A stretch of DNA of 64,000 bases from Amoebidium appalachense (GCA_963693365.1 CAVNZM010000017.1:5508708-5572707); one strand, 5' to 3'. Numbered from the stretch's first letter, positions 1-26,050 are shown. A program made the numbers and translations. The notes: generated by a model not told the origin, from the sequence alone.

Positions 1-351
1 GATTCATCATAGTTGCCTCATGCTTTCTTGAAGACAGAACCCTATGTCGTTTCTCAATTGAAATGTGATTCTTCATCACGAATATTTAGATCTGTAATTC
101 TTCCTCCAGAATGTGAAACAGCTTCAAAAATATTTGTGATGTCTCATCCAAAACCTTTCATCCATTCAATCCGCCCATATATGGAATATATAGAAGCGTA
201 TATTGGGACAAGTCCTTTAATTTGTCCTCTCCGCACATGTATGGAAACCCCATGCTCACCTTGTACTCGTATATGAAATAGATTGTAGTATGTGATAGGA
301 CAAGTTCTAGAATTTACCCTCTCAGCCCATATATGGATAACCCATGCTCAC

Positions 352-12737
<12,386 letters not shown>

Positions 12738-13097
12738 GATTGATGGAAATGACTGTTTTGAAATTTATACCTTGATCTTATCGAGAAAATTTACCAGAAT
12801 AAATGGAATATCAGTGCCCCTACTCCTCTGTGACAGAACGAGCAAGCTTCGCTCGAGTCTTAGCCAAAGGGATGCGATTCAACTATAGAGTATTCCGCTA
12901 GATCTCTTCCCCGAACCGATGATATATGAGAATACTTCACCAAATAACCTGAAGGCCAGGCTACATCTGCATTGTCAGGCACCGTTTAGGTGTCATGAAA
13001 CCACTGTGTGCACTTGCGTTTTTCCCTGAAAGTGGTTGTCAAGGCGAAGTTTGCTTTGCTTCAACAAGTGGAGCAACGCCGCGGCCGTTTAGGTCTA

Positions 13098-13133
13098 TGA
13101 CGTCACTGTTTAGGTGGTGCTCCCTACACCAAT
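13098..13133. promoter_or_regulatory. CRE-like TGACGTCA plus CCAAT in the divergent CLPTM1L/RGS promoter
   Basis: TGACGTCA at 13098-13105 and CCAAT at 13129-13133, in a repeat-free ~900-bp head-to-head intergenic region. Confidence 0.5.
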
Positions 13134-13657
13134 CAAAACGCTCTGCAGATGTAAGACTAGTGTAATATGACATCATAATAAGGGGCACTGTTCTCAAAAG
13201 ACCGCTTCCCTGTGGAATCTACACGCTTTGTACTAAAGATTTCGTGCACCACAGAATTCCTGAACTTGTAACAACTTCAAGGCGTCAAAGTGTCGTTTAT
13301 TTATTTTGAAACCTTCCAAGAAAGGACTAACGATTAATACATTGCATCCTGTTTAAAACTAAAGCAAGGCTGGGAACGAACATCTTGTATATTTGATTTA
13401 CCTGCTGTTACTTTTGTCTGCTCCTCTACATTTCATGTTTCCAGACACGCCGTCTGCCCCCCCATGTCCGAGTAGCCTACTTCCACCCTTGCAGTGAACC
13501 AGTCCAGGTGATGTTCGTACGAATTTCTAAAACAGCTTAACGACTTCCGTCTTTTTTTGGACTCTTACGTTTGATTTTCCTCTCCCCACCCCACCTTCCG
13601 CCCACACAAAACAATAATCTTCCTTCGCCCAGTGTTTTTCTTCTTGGTGTGTCTAGA

Positions 13658-14409
13658 ATGGGAAACAAAGGTTCCAAAACCAAAAAGGGGGCTGAGGCAG
13701 TGCCTTCGGCTAAGACGGAGAGCCAAGCGGCTGCCCCTTTGAGCGGGTTGAAGGGAAAGAGCGTGCGAGAGATTCTGGAGTCGGATGAGGTGGGTGTTGA
13801 TGTGGTGTTGGGTTGTGGTTTTGTGTGGGTGCCAACCACATTGGCAAGGGATCTTGAAAGGAAAGCTTGTCGGTCAGCGGGGAGGGGCTAGGAGAGGGGA
13901 AGGTTCTCTTGAAAATTCAATTGGAAAAAATGAGGAGGGGGGTGCTTTTTTTCCACTGCTTGAGACTCAAGGAATGAATTTGCGCAAGTTGGAAATGCAT
14001 AAAGCGTTATAAATATGTACATATTGGAATAGCGGGAGATGTGGGAAGAGATCCGGACAGAGAGGGGGGGGGGGGGGGGGGGGGGGGGAGGGGGGAGGGA
14101 GGGAGGGAGGGGGGGGGGGGGGGGGGGGCACGTGAGAGTGTGATAGAGACAGAAGTGGAGGTGGAGGAAAGGGGTGGGGAGGGGGGGGGGTGGGGGGGAT
14201 TTGTTGAATGTCACAATTATGATAGCAACTTCGATTTTCCGATTTCTTTTTGTGGGGTGGGAAGGGGGGGTTGTTACGAGGAATTGTGCTCACTGTTCAG
14301 AATCGGAGTAAGAGGAGTGTTATAGAGCGTAGGATTTTTTTTCTGATAGATGTTGAGATACTTCTAAAGCATACAATAGTTTTTTTTTGTTTTTTGTTTT
14401 TTTTGTGGG

Positions 14410-14449
<40 letters not shown>

Positions 14450-14619
14450 GGGAGGGGGGGGGATGCTGTGTGTGTGATGTGTATGTCATGTCTGTTTCCA
14501 GAAGCGCGCCCGCGCGCCGTGGTGGTGGTTAGCAATTTCTGGTTCTTGTCACTTGCTCTCTTCGTCCATTTTTTCGTGTGCTTTTGTGTATTTAACGGAG
14601 AAAGGGCCCCTTGTGGGGT

Positions 14620-14671
<52 letters not shown>

Positions 14672-15236
14672 CATCCTCTTTTCCAAACTCCTCCCCCCCC
14701 CCCCCCCCTTCCCCCACGTCTCCCTTCCTCTCTCCTCCCCCCTACTACTTCCTCTTCTTTTCTAACCATATTAACCATATTGACTATATCAGTTACGCTA
14801 ACTGTACTTCTAACTACATCAACTACATAGAACAGATAGACTATGACTAACTGATTTACTATATTACTATACTACCAGTAATTTACTTTAACCATAACTA
14901 ACAAGTAAACTTTATTTCAGTTGATCAAGAAGCTTCGTGCCGGGGTCAAATCTCTTGACAACACCGCTGCTGAACGTGTTGCTTTTCTGGACGCGGCGAG
15001 CAAACATATACACCAGCGGACAGAAATGCGGAGATTCCAAGGAGACAGGAGAAGAACATTTGGAACAACACGCAGACAACATTAAAGAAAAGTTCTTGAG
15101 CGGGAACGTTATTCAAGCACCAGATGATATGGTGGAGAGAGCGAAGGGTGCAAAGGGGAATGAGTTGAAGTGTTTTGCGGAGGTGGAGGAATGGGTTGTT
15201 GGTGAGGTCGAGAGTTTTATCAATGCGCATGCGTAA
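13658..15236 (+). CDS. Small N-myristoylated RGS-domain-like protein (2 coding exons, ~148 aa, one +1 indel near 14998)
   Basis: Exon 13658-13789 (MGNKGS...SVREILESDE|gtgggt) and exon 14921-15236 (tttcag|LIKKLR...ERVAFLDA...ADNIKEKFLSG...CFAEVEEWVVGEVESF). Helix pattern resembles the RGS consensus (L..LL.d, ENLeFw, akeIy..Fl, lF.eaq.eV). MGxxxS myristoylation motif. Exon 2 is 3n+1 long. Confidence 0.65.
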
Positions 15237-15955
15237 AGGATGATTGGGTTATTTAATTTTTATGTGAATTAATGTATGCTTATGATTGGTTTGTGAGGTT
15301 GAGAGGCCTTTATCAATGCGCATGCATAGAGGGAGGGGGGTTTTGGGTGGGTGGGGAGGGGGGGGGGGGGGGGGGGGGGGATTTCGTGTTCCGTGTTGGT
15401 AATGTGGGTGAGATGATGGTAGTTGGAAAGGGGCTTTGTCTTATAAAGATGCATGTATGAGCTGCGTCTCCTGTGGGCCTTGTGCTTCACATATGTAATG
15501 TGCATTTTATTTGTTTTGTTGATCTCTTGTATACTTTTTGATTTTATTCTTGTTGTGCATGTTATTTGTTTGGTTGATCTCTCGTATACTTTTTGATTTT
15601 ATTGTTGTTATATGTGTGTGTGTGTGTTGGGGGGGGGGGGGGGGGGGGGGGAAGGATTCGACCCCTAGGACTTTATTCTCGGTCATTCCCTGGAGGCGTG
15701 CACAGATTTCAAAGCCTGTGGGGGTTTTTTTATAGTGGCCAAAGTATCAGCGAATGACGTCATATATGGTGATTTGTGGGTGTACCAGGAAATTTACATG
15801 CTCTCGATTTTGGTTTTTGTTAATGATTGGTGGAAGTGTTTCTAGAAACCCCTCGTCCCTTCCCTACCGACTGTCCACCCGCTTACCCTGCGTGTACACC
15901 CGCTGTTCTTTCTTGGAGGGAGGGGGTTTTGGAAATATTGAATTTGTGTGTGTGT

Positions 15956-16005
<50 letters not shown>

Positions 16006-17080
16006 CTTGGTCATGTAATCCTGCTTATGCCATGACAATAGTTATTTATGGTCTTGGGGGTTATATCTATCGCACTGTTTTTGATACAATATTTGGAACA
16101 CTAGCGTGCACACATCTTCTTAGTGTCTGGTGGTGGTGTTTTGCTCTTTTGGTGTGTGTGTGTTGGGGAGAGGGGGGATGGGGATGGAGGGGGGGAGGGG
16201 GTGATGGCGGGATGCTGGGGGGGGGGGGGGGGGGGGGGGTATGAAGGACATGTCATAGTTTAGTTTAGAAACCTTGCCACTGGCCCATCCGCTTGTGTTA
16301 AGGCCTTTTAAAAATCTGTTTTTATGGTTGCGCATTTAGTTGCGGTGTTTTTCATTTTAGCATCTATGAAGTTTTCCCTCCTCATGGTATGTATACTATG
16401 TAAAGCAACATTTATATCTACCTGTGTTCAGAATTATTTAGTTAACATAATAATCCTTATCGCTGATGACCGTGTCGGTCGAGATTCCACCACGATATCT
16501 TTTCCTGGCGGGCAAATATAAAGCCATTGCCCCACATGAATGATATAACCTCACAGAGGGCATGGTTATAATTGGAGTAGTTGATTGGTTGAAAGCTGAT
16601 CGGAGAAGACTTAGTGCTCCCGGTCCCCTCCCCCTTCCCCCCCCCCCCCCCTCCCCCCTCCCCCCCCCCCCCCCCCCCCGCCCCTCCGGCCTGCCCTACG
16701 CTCTGAAATATAGAGTGTAATACCTCCGAGTTCTTCATGCCTTCTGCCCCCTTTCAAGCCTTTTGCCCCCTCTTCTTCCTCTGCATACTGGCTATCTCTA
16801 ACACCCCTTGCCTCCCCCCCCCCCCCCCCCCCCCCCCCAATATGCACACGCACACTCCATCCGCCCCACCCAACTACCACCACCACACGCACACACACAC
16901 CCTTGATTTCGGCCCCCCAATCCCACCTCCCCTCCCTTTCCGCCCCTCAGGCCCACCCACCCGTACCTCTGCCTCCTTTCTCACACTTTCCCGTGTCTCC
17001 GGGTGGTTTTTGCCCAACCGAATTCCATCCCCGTCCGAGCCACAACAGCTGTTTCTGCAAATACCTGTGTGCGATGTGTG

Positions 17081-17132
<52 letters not shown>

Positions 17133-18611
17133 TGTGTGCGCGTGTGCGTGCGTGCCTGCGTGCCTGCGTGCCTGCGTGCCTGCGTGCCTGCGTCCCTGCG
17201 TCCCTGCGTGCGAGGGTGGGGGAGGGGCGAGGAGGAGGAGGGGGGAGCGGGCCGGGGGGAGGAGGACTACAACTCCAAATTTTGGATGGGCCAGGGTCGT
17301 CACTGAGATACCACACATGGGCAATTAAGGCATAGTCGCTTACCATATAAGGGTATCCTATTTACCTTATATGGATTTGTCGCCAAAGCAACACCAGTGC
17401 TACAGAATTCGTTTCAATCAAGGGTCATTCTTCGCCTAGATGATCTTTGGTAGGTTTAGTAATGCAGAATTTGAAAAAAAAAGAAGAAGAAAAAATCCAA
17501 CATTGCAACACTGCCCTGTTTCATCGATTTATCATACTTATCATATTATGTATGACCGTTCAATCAAAATAGATTCAATCCAACCAATCACAAACATGTG
17601 TTCACTGTTTTTCTCCGGATCCGGATCCGGTGTTCTTCGTTACCAAATGCAACAAAGGTCTGCCAATGTTCCTATTTTTTTTTTTGCGTTTTATAAGAAC
17701 TTCTTTTTTTTTCCTGCATCGAGGACAAATATACAGATGTGCTGTCAGCGAGAAAACAACGTTGCAAACCTGGTTATTGGATAATTATCACACATGCATG
17801 AACGATATGTGATACATATGCATATGTGTACGTGGAGTGAATACTGCTAGCTTTCTTTCCTTCTTTCCTGCGTTTTTTCTGTTGGTGTACTTGATGCATG
17901 TGTGGTAGCAGGGGGGAGGGAGGGGGGGGGATCCGGAGGGGAACGAGGGTGAGGCCGGGGGGGGAGGGGGAGGGGGGGGAGGGGGGGGGGGGGGGGGGGG
18001 GAGAAGGGGGATGTTGGAGCGGCCTGAGCATGCAAGGCCCCGTGTGTGTGAGTATTAGGCTAGCTCGTGTACGTTTCATATGCGCAGCAGATGAAAGATG
18101 TTTCACGGATCACTTCGGGCGCAGGCAGCCGGGCGGCCCATGACGTCACGGGCCGCGGCGCCAGGCGCAGCCGCAGCGGCGGCTGACATCGGTCTGGCGC
18201 AGCGCCTGACGTCAGGCGCCACCAGCGCCGGTATTTCCGGCGCAGCACACTGCAGATGCAGGCCACCTTCGTTTTCGCCGTGTGCTGCACGTACGGTTTT
18301 TGTTAGCACGATTGCGTTTTCGGTGGCTAGCACACGGCGGCTCCCACCCACCCACCTCTCAGTCTGTATACATGACGGTGTACGTATGCGACTGTGACTG
18401 GCTCACAGCCCGATTGCAGCGGCAATAAAGCATGTCGAGGCGGGGCCCAGCCCCGGCTGGTGCGGGGGGGGCTCATGGCATGGACCCCCCCTAGCGGCCC
18501 CCGCCTCGGCCAGCCCCTTGGGTGCAGGCACGACGGCCTGCACTCCACGGACACGGGGGGCATGAGGCAAGCACGAGTGAGTGATGTGAAACGGACATGA
18601 TGGCGGGTATG

Positions 18612-18644
<33 letters not shown>

Positions 18645-19342
18645 CGCCCGCGCGTTAATGTGTTTGTATATGTGGGTATGTATACGTACATGTGGGTGTG
18701 TTTTGAGGGAGGAGTAGGGTTGGGGAGAGCTGTGTGCACATGTGTTTGTGCGCATGGGGGAGTGGGGTGGGGAATGGGGGGACGGGAGGGAATGGGGCCG
18801 GGGCGTGTTGGGGTACAGCGTATTGAATAACAACCCCCCCCCCCCCCCCCCACCTCTCTCTCTCACTCATTCTCACCATACACAGGCACGTACTTATTGC
18901 AAATGTGCACAAACTCGCACAGCAAGGGCTCCCTACTTGACGCACAGACAGCCACACCACATGCCCACGCGCACCAGCAACAAAATTGGTTCAAAAGTGC
19001 TCAGCTTTAATTTTCAATAGTACACAATACCGAGGGTTGTCGAAGAATTGAAGTCACTAGACTACCCATAAAATCTTTCGTCCCAAAAAAATGCTCGTTT
19101 CTCTTTCACTTGTGATTACATCATCACTTCTTGTGATTATAAAGAATTTACATGATTGGTTGTCTGTCAAATACTCTACACGAGCCATACCACAAGACAC
19201 AAATCTTATAATTTCAGGGCACAAAAGCCAGCAAAGTCTGCCGGAATACCTAAATACCACATAGCGGCCCTCAAGTTTCAACAAATATTTCAACACTCAA
19301 GACTATAATATAAACAAAAAAAGTTTAATTTAACACTAAATT

Positions 19343-22341
19343 TTAATGGTGGTGGTGGTCGGTATCACGGCGGGCCTTCTTGGCGTCCTTGGCACCAGCC
19401 GGCACATCGGGGGCATTGGGCATACGGCTACGGATTGCCTCGTTGGCTTTCTCGGCGTCCAGACCCAAAAACTCGAAAATCATCTTTCCGACATTTGTGT
19501 TGTCGTGTGGGCCGTTGCATTTGCGCAAAAGTTCGGGGTTTCCGTAACAATAAAGACCGATATCCTTTCCGTCGTGGCCGCCGGTGGTCCACCCAATGAG
19601 GCTGGCCTCGTTAAAGGCACCCATGAGACAGTGGGACGTAAGAGCGCCAATGAAGGTCTTCTGGGAGATGGGGAGAGACTTGTTGTTGTTGAAGGCATCA
19701 ACGGCGAACTTGGTCTCGTTCAAGCACACGGCTTTGTGCGCGTCAGAGATGTTGTAGTTGGGGAAGTACTCCTTAATGACGGCTAGGGCCTTGTTCTGAA
19801 CCTCGTTGGCGCACGATTCTTTAGCATCGTTGGTCATGTTGATGCCGCACTTTGCATTTTTAAGCATCTTGGGGACGAGAACATTGTCGAAATATTCATT
19901 GCTAGCCTTCTGGCCTTGAAGTTTCTCGGGGAAAAAATCGTAAATTCCGTCGCGGCCAAGGGAAAGACCGCCGGTGGCGTGGTCGGCGGCGGACATTAAA
20001 GCAACACTGGGGTTGCGATCCATGAATTCTTTAACGATGGCCATAACTTCCTCGGCGTAGTGGTGGGCCTCAACCATGGTGGTAGCTGTGGGAGGGAGGG
20101 GGGGGGGGGGGGATCGTTAGTTCGTTAGTCAGACATTGTACATGTGATGGTGTTTTTTACACTTGGATCACACCAAAAGGGAAGGTAACGATCACACCCG
20201 GTAAAAAAAGGGAAGCCTTAGTAACGAAGGCGCGGGAAGGTTTTCTTTTTTTCTTTTTTTCTTTTTTTTTTTTTTTTTTTTTTGGGGGGGGGGGGGGGGG
20301 GATGTGAAGGAAAAGGGGGAGATGGTTGAAGAGACGGCCGAGTCTTCCCATACCAACAATGATGTTTGGTTTGGTACCAGTGTCCATCATTAAAACCTTA
20401 AATACAATACATCTCTCGCACGAACCGAGCCACTTGAGGGGAAAACAGAAAGAAGGGGAAAACAGTAGTAAAGAGGAAACAAGAGCAAAACGGAATACAT
20501 ACCACCATCGTTGGCGTGCTCAGCGTGGTCGATACGGCTGCCTTCAATCATGATGAAGAACCCATTCTCCTTTGCCGTGGGGTTGTTCTCAAGCAGCTCC
20601 AAAGTACACTTCACCATCTCAGCAAGAGAGGGGTTAGTCTCATTGTAATAGGCGGCACGGTCAAGCTCATAAGGAACGTGAGACTTGGCGAAAAGACCAT
20701 ACAAACGGAGGGAACCGGAGGCCTTTGCCTGCGCGCAGTAATCGTTGAACTCGGTCTTGTTAAAAGCGACGGTGTAGTTGTTCTTCTTCAAGTCGGCGAT
20801 GAGGGTATCGTTAAAGAACTTCTTGCCGCCGCCGAGGACAACGTCGGGTTTCTGCTGGTAGACGTACTGGTTTGCGATGACGGTCTCGTTGTCACGCTCG
20901 TACACGTGGGAGATGAAGGAGGCGGGGGTGGCGTGCGTCACACGGCTGGTCACAACAACACCTGTGTGCAAGTAATTTGCAAGATTAGTTTCTGATCTTA
21001 AGCTGTTACCCAAGGGGGTACAGTGGTGACGGGGAAAGAGGGGAGGCCTGGATTGAACAAGATGCGACCAGCAACTTTTTGCTGGCATGATAAAGAGACA
21101 CAATTATCTATCTTAACACGCAAAGTGGCAGCAATTTTCGTAAAAGAAACCCAAAAGACCATCAAAGAAATAAAGCGAGAAAGAAAGGATCTAAACGTAC
21201 CAGTGACCATGTTCTTCTGGTCCTTAGCAGCCTCCATATTGGTGCCCACAGTCTCATACACTCCGTCCTTGGCCGGGAGCACAGCAATACCAGCATTGTA
21301 CGTCTTATGTCCAGTTGAATATGCAGTAGCGGCAGCGGCGGAATCCGTCACCTTAGCACCCACAGCCCAGTTGCGAACGCTACCCATCAGCATGGTGTCA
21401 AGGACGGTGGGCTCAGAGCCAGTGATGTTCTTGTAGAAGCGGGCCAGGGTGAAGGCGTCGGGGGAGGCGCCGTCGGGGATCATCATGATGAAGGACTTGG
21501 GAAGACCAATGCGTGTGGCTGCAGGAGGGAACGGGTGAGGTTAGTACTATGTAGATGTCATAGAGATAGATATTACCAGGGCCCATGTTTCTTTTCGGCA
21601 GGTCTGTGCAATGGTACAATGTGTACAAGAGTGCGAAGGGACGATTGCATGCACCCATGGAAGTGAAGCCTTGGGAAAGCAGGGATGATTATAGTAAGTG
21701 CAGGGTGCAAAGGATCGGGGCGGGGGAGACTAGAAGAAACCGGTGGGTGGAATTCCATCTCTTGCTTGTAGAAAAATGTGGTTTCAAGTACGTGAGAAAA
21801 CGAAACTCATGATGTCACATCCCTGTAACAATCCCGACAACAATCCATACTGGCCATGGGTAGCTTAAACCATGTGTTATGATATTACACCACATGCACA
21901 TGTAGATGACCCGAAAGAGTCTCAGTCTATGAGCCCAGAAAGGCGTAGTTCATTCTGAGATTTCCACAGAGGGAGTGTAAGAGAGGGGCACATACCCTTA
22001 ACAGTCTGCACGAGGGGGCAGTCAGCAGAAGCGCCAGTGCCGACCTTCTTGTCTGCCTCGCACTTGTTGAGCTTGTAGCCAGGGGCACCATCCACCCACA
22101 CACCATCCGTGCACGTAGAGACACTGCCATCCTCCTTGCACACCTGGGAGCCCTGTGCGTGGTGCTCGACTCCGCTTGCAGCCTGCTCGAGAACACGTGT
22201 ACATGTCTCAATTACGAAGCAGGCTTACAATGGCGCTTCAACATGAATGTGTCGTAGGGGAAACGGATAAATGCAGTCCAACCGGAGAAGAATATGCAGT
22301 TCGGAAGGCAAGACTCGGACGGACAGGTCTAGATGGAGAGA

Positions 22342-22375
<34 letters not shown>

Positions 22376-22526
22376 GGAAACAACGGGAAAAAGAAAAACT
22401 TAATTAAGTACATACCTTGAAGGTGCAGCGGGTGGCGTCCTTGACAGCATCCGCAGCCTCCGGGCAGACGGTCTGCGCGAGCGCAGAGGCCGCGGCCAAA
22501 ACCACAAGAAGAGCAGGGGTGTACAT
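19343..22526 (-). CDS. Secreted alkaline phosphatase (PhoA/Pho8-type) with an N-terminal Cys-rich extension, 5 exons
   Basis: Exons 22526-22416, 22143-21996, 21518-21201, 20961-20503, 20085-19343, phase-compatible. Signal peptide MYTPALLVVLAAASALA. Catalytic and metal motifs: IMMIPDG, TDSAAAATA, VTHATPA, EGSRIDHAEHAND, AADHATGG, GWTTGGHDGKD. Confidence 0.95.
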
Positions 22527-23188
22527 GATGAAGGCTGAAAAATACTTCGAAGAACAGTGCTGCAAGACAGGCTTTTATACGAGAGGCGCGGAACGATGAC
22601 GCGCGGCACGTTGGGTGCCGGTTCAACGCGTTGCTTCGATGAGCAATTTGATTGGTGGTTAGTTTGTACGAAAGTAACCAATAGGAACTCGGGATGGTCT
22701 GCATTAGCCATTTTAGGTTTGTTTACGCCGTAAACGCGAGAGCGGCAGGAAGTGCAGAAGCTAGTTCTGATTGGCTTTTCTATTCTCCCTATACCCCTCA
22801 AAACACTGAAGCAGACACGCAATAAAAAGTGTGTAAACCCGACAAGCAGACACTGGCAACTAAAAGCCAAAGTCAAAGCTAAAATGGTAAATCCATAATC
22901 AGCTGGATGTATAGTAAAATGGTTTATGAAGTTTATGTGCTGATTATTACCGACATACACATCTATAAATTTACGTTTATTGAGTCATATCTTTCCTGAT
23001 TCCTGAAACCTCTCTGGCCCAGAGGAATGCCGAATGTCACTCTAGACTGGAAGGTGTGGAAGTCGACATAAGCCAAACTTCCATACAATAACTATTATTA
23101 TGACTGCCGCTTTCCTAAGCTATCTAGTAGCTCCTCTGGGATAGACATATCATTAATTCGATATACATTTATCATGTACGTGTCAGGC

Positions 23189-23755
23189 TTAAATAAGCTT
23201 GCAAGCCCCACAGTTAGGACCTAGGGGCCTGCCCTGCATGCGACAGGCCTCTTGTGTTTGGGCAGGCTGGACCGGCGAAAACTCTGCGTGATATTTATGC
23301 GCACGTGGGCCTCTCGCATGCATGCAACCTGCAATTATGTATCCCCACTTTCGTTCGAACCTTGCAGCTGAATTCATAAAGATATCCTCAGTTGACAATG
23401 TGTGGTGAGAAAACTGTTCTACAAGATCTTGAAAACATACAGGGATTATCATCCCCGTCGGGGCCGAGTGGTGCTTATAATATAATGATGATATGATAAA
23501 AAACGTATGCAGTACAGTACACATAGCCATGCACATATATTTGGCGGAGATGTGCATCAAAGGTTGTGTAAAGGTGGCCTGTACTACCGTACATGTATAT
23601 GCATGTGTCCATCAAAGTTCAACATATGCCCATTAATTATGTTAGGACTAAGAAGCAAGAATTTATTTTGCTGTATCGTTTCTTTCTTTCATGTTAGTGT
23701 GCTTAATCGTTCTTTCAAGTTCTTTGTTTGTTCCTTTCTTTCTTTCCCCCCCCCC

Positions 23756-23799
<44 letters not shown>

Positions 23800-23951
23800 T
23801 CTCCATCTCTATCTGTTCATTCAAGGCTTCTCTCTCTCTCTCTCTTGCCCTCCCTTGAAGTCCCCCTGTCCCTCCCTGAACTCCCTCTCACGTACCCCCC
23901 CCCCCCCCCCCTCCACGTGCACCCGCCCTCTCTCTCTCTCTCTCCCCCCTC

Positions 23952-24007
<56 letters not shown>

Positions 24008-24111
24008 CCCCCCCCCCCCCCCCCCCCCCCTTTCCTTGCCGTGGTTGCAATGGTTGTGCCCCACGTGGGGCTGGGTGGGGTTGTGGGTTGGGGCGGCTTT
24101 TTTTTTTTTTT

Positions 24112-24171
<60 letters not shown>

Positions 24172-24581
24172 GGCATGTATTTGCTTGTAAATGAATCATA
24201 CTCATCCCCCCCCCCCTCCCCTCTTCCCCCTTTGGCACCTCCGTGACATATTGTCTCAAAGTTTTTCACCAACACAACTCCAGTTGGACGGACATCCTCA
24301 TGGAAAAAACCAAGTGTTCTTCGGTTTGCACTACATATTCGGCCACTGTACCAGCATTTTCCCGTAAATTTCGTACCCGGGAAACTAGTATTGATGGAAT
24401 GGTGCATATATGCTGCAAGTCTGTGGAAAGAGTTGCTGCCTGAACAGAGAGAGGTATTCTTCTGAATCTTTTGTCCCTCCCTCACATATATACTCCTAGC
24501 CTACTTCACACACACACACGCAAACACACACACACACACACACACACATACCGTGACACACACACACAACACACACGCTCA

Positions 24582-24612
<31 letters not shown>

Positions 24613-25266
24613 GCACGCACGCACGCACGCACGCACAACGTGTATACACATGGAAAAGCGCACAAAGGCACGCACACACACGTACCCATACACATACACA
24701 GCTCTCGCAGTATCCTCCGTTTTTCTCTGCTAGCTACACAAAGTCGTGGCCCCTTTCTCCCCGTTTGGACAACCTCCCCCCTCCCCCCCCCCCCCCTCCC
24801 TCCCCCCCCCCCTGCCGCGCAAGAAAATAAAATTGAAAATCATAAGAGAACGATATCATATATATATATATATATCATATACATATACATATATATAGAG
24901 AGAGAGGGAGAGACTGGGAGAGGGGGGGGGGGAGGGGAGGGAGAGAGAGGGAGATAAAGGGGGGAGGGGGAGGGGGAAGGGAGGGAGGGAGAGAGAGAGA
25001 GAGAGAGAGAAGGGGGGGGGGGGGGGGGGGGGGGGGGGAGGGGGGGGGGGGGGGAGGGAGAGAGAGAGGGAGAGGGAGAGAGGGGGGGGGGGGGGGGAGA
25101 GAGAGAGAGAGGGAGAGAGAGAGGGAGAGAGAGAGAGAGAGAGAAAGGGAGAGAGACTCTGAGAGAGAGAGGAAGAGAGGGAGAGACGGCGTGGGTGTAT
25201 GTATGTGTTCACGCCTTTTCGTTCTTTATTTAGTTTACTTTCTTTTCTCTTTCGTTTTGTGCCTGA

Positions 25267-25310
<44 letters not shown>

Positions 25311-25506
25311 CGGGTTGTGTGTGTGTGTGTGGGGTGACACCGTATGTGTGTGTGTGTGTGTGTGTGGGTGGGTGGGTGGGTGGGTGGGTGGGGGGGGGAG
25401 AAGGGAAGGGGGTCGTGCGCTTGTGCTCGTGGGCCGGGCAGGAGAGATCTAGAGGGGCTTTTTTCGTGTTTTTTTTTTTTTTTTTTTTTTTTGCTTGTGT
25501 GTTGTG

Positions 25507-25544
<38 letters not shown>

Positions 25545-25958
25545 CACGCTATGCGCCCCGCGTGTGTGCACGTACTTGGTTGCAATGTATACGTATGTGT
25601 ACGTTTGCACACGTGCCCATCTATGTGTAGTTGTGCTTACATGTAACGGTGTGTATGTGGGTTTGCAGATGTGCGAAGCTTCGTGTCTATTTGCGTGTGC
25701 GTGTGCGCGTGTGAACTGCGTGTGTTTGCACGCGTGTGTGTGAGTGCGTGTGCGTGTGCGCGCGCGCGTGTGTAAATCTACTCTGTGTGTTGTGTCTGAG
25801 TTTGCGTGTGCAGGGGAGAAGGGGGGAGATATATCGTGTAAGTTCTTCGGCTGCATGTAATTATGGTGAGCTTCCTGCCTAGTTGAAAGACCCCACAAAA
25901 CGGCGATTATTAAAATTCCATTACATGCACACCACTTATAGAGCACACTTGCATACAA
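23189..25958 (-). other. Possible unidentified multi-exon gene
   Basis: Non-repetitive exon-like blocks: 25958-25830 (hydrophobic N-terminus), ttcag|24439-24240|gt, and ttcaag|23426-23189. No recognisable family and no validated phase chain. Confidence 0.25.
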
Positions 25959-26050
25959 TCACAATTAACGACTGTTCTCAAATGTACCCGATTCTGCTAG
26001 GATATACCAATAATCTGTCAGCAATTTCGAATACGCGAGATTTTTCAAGC

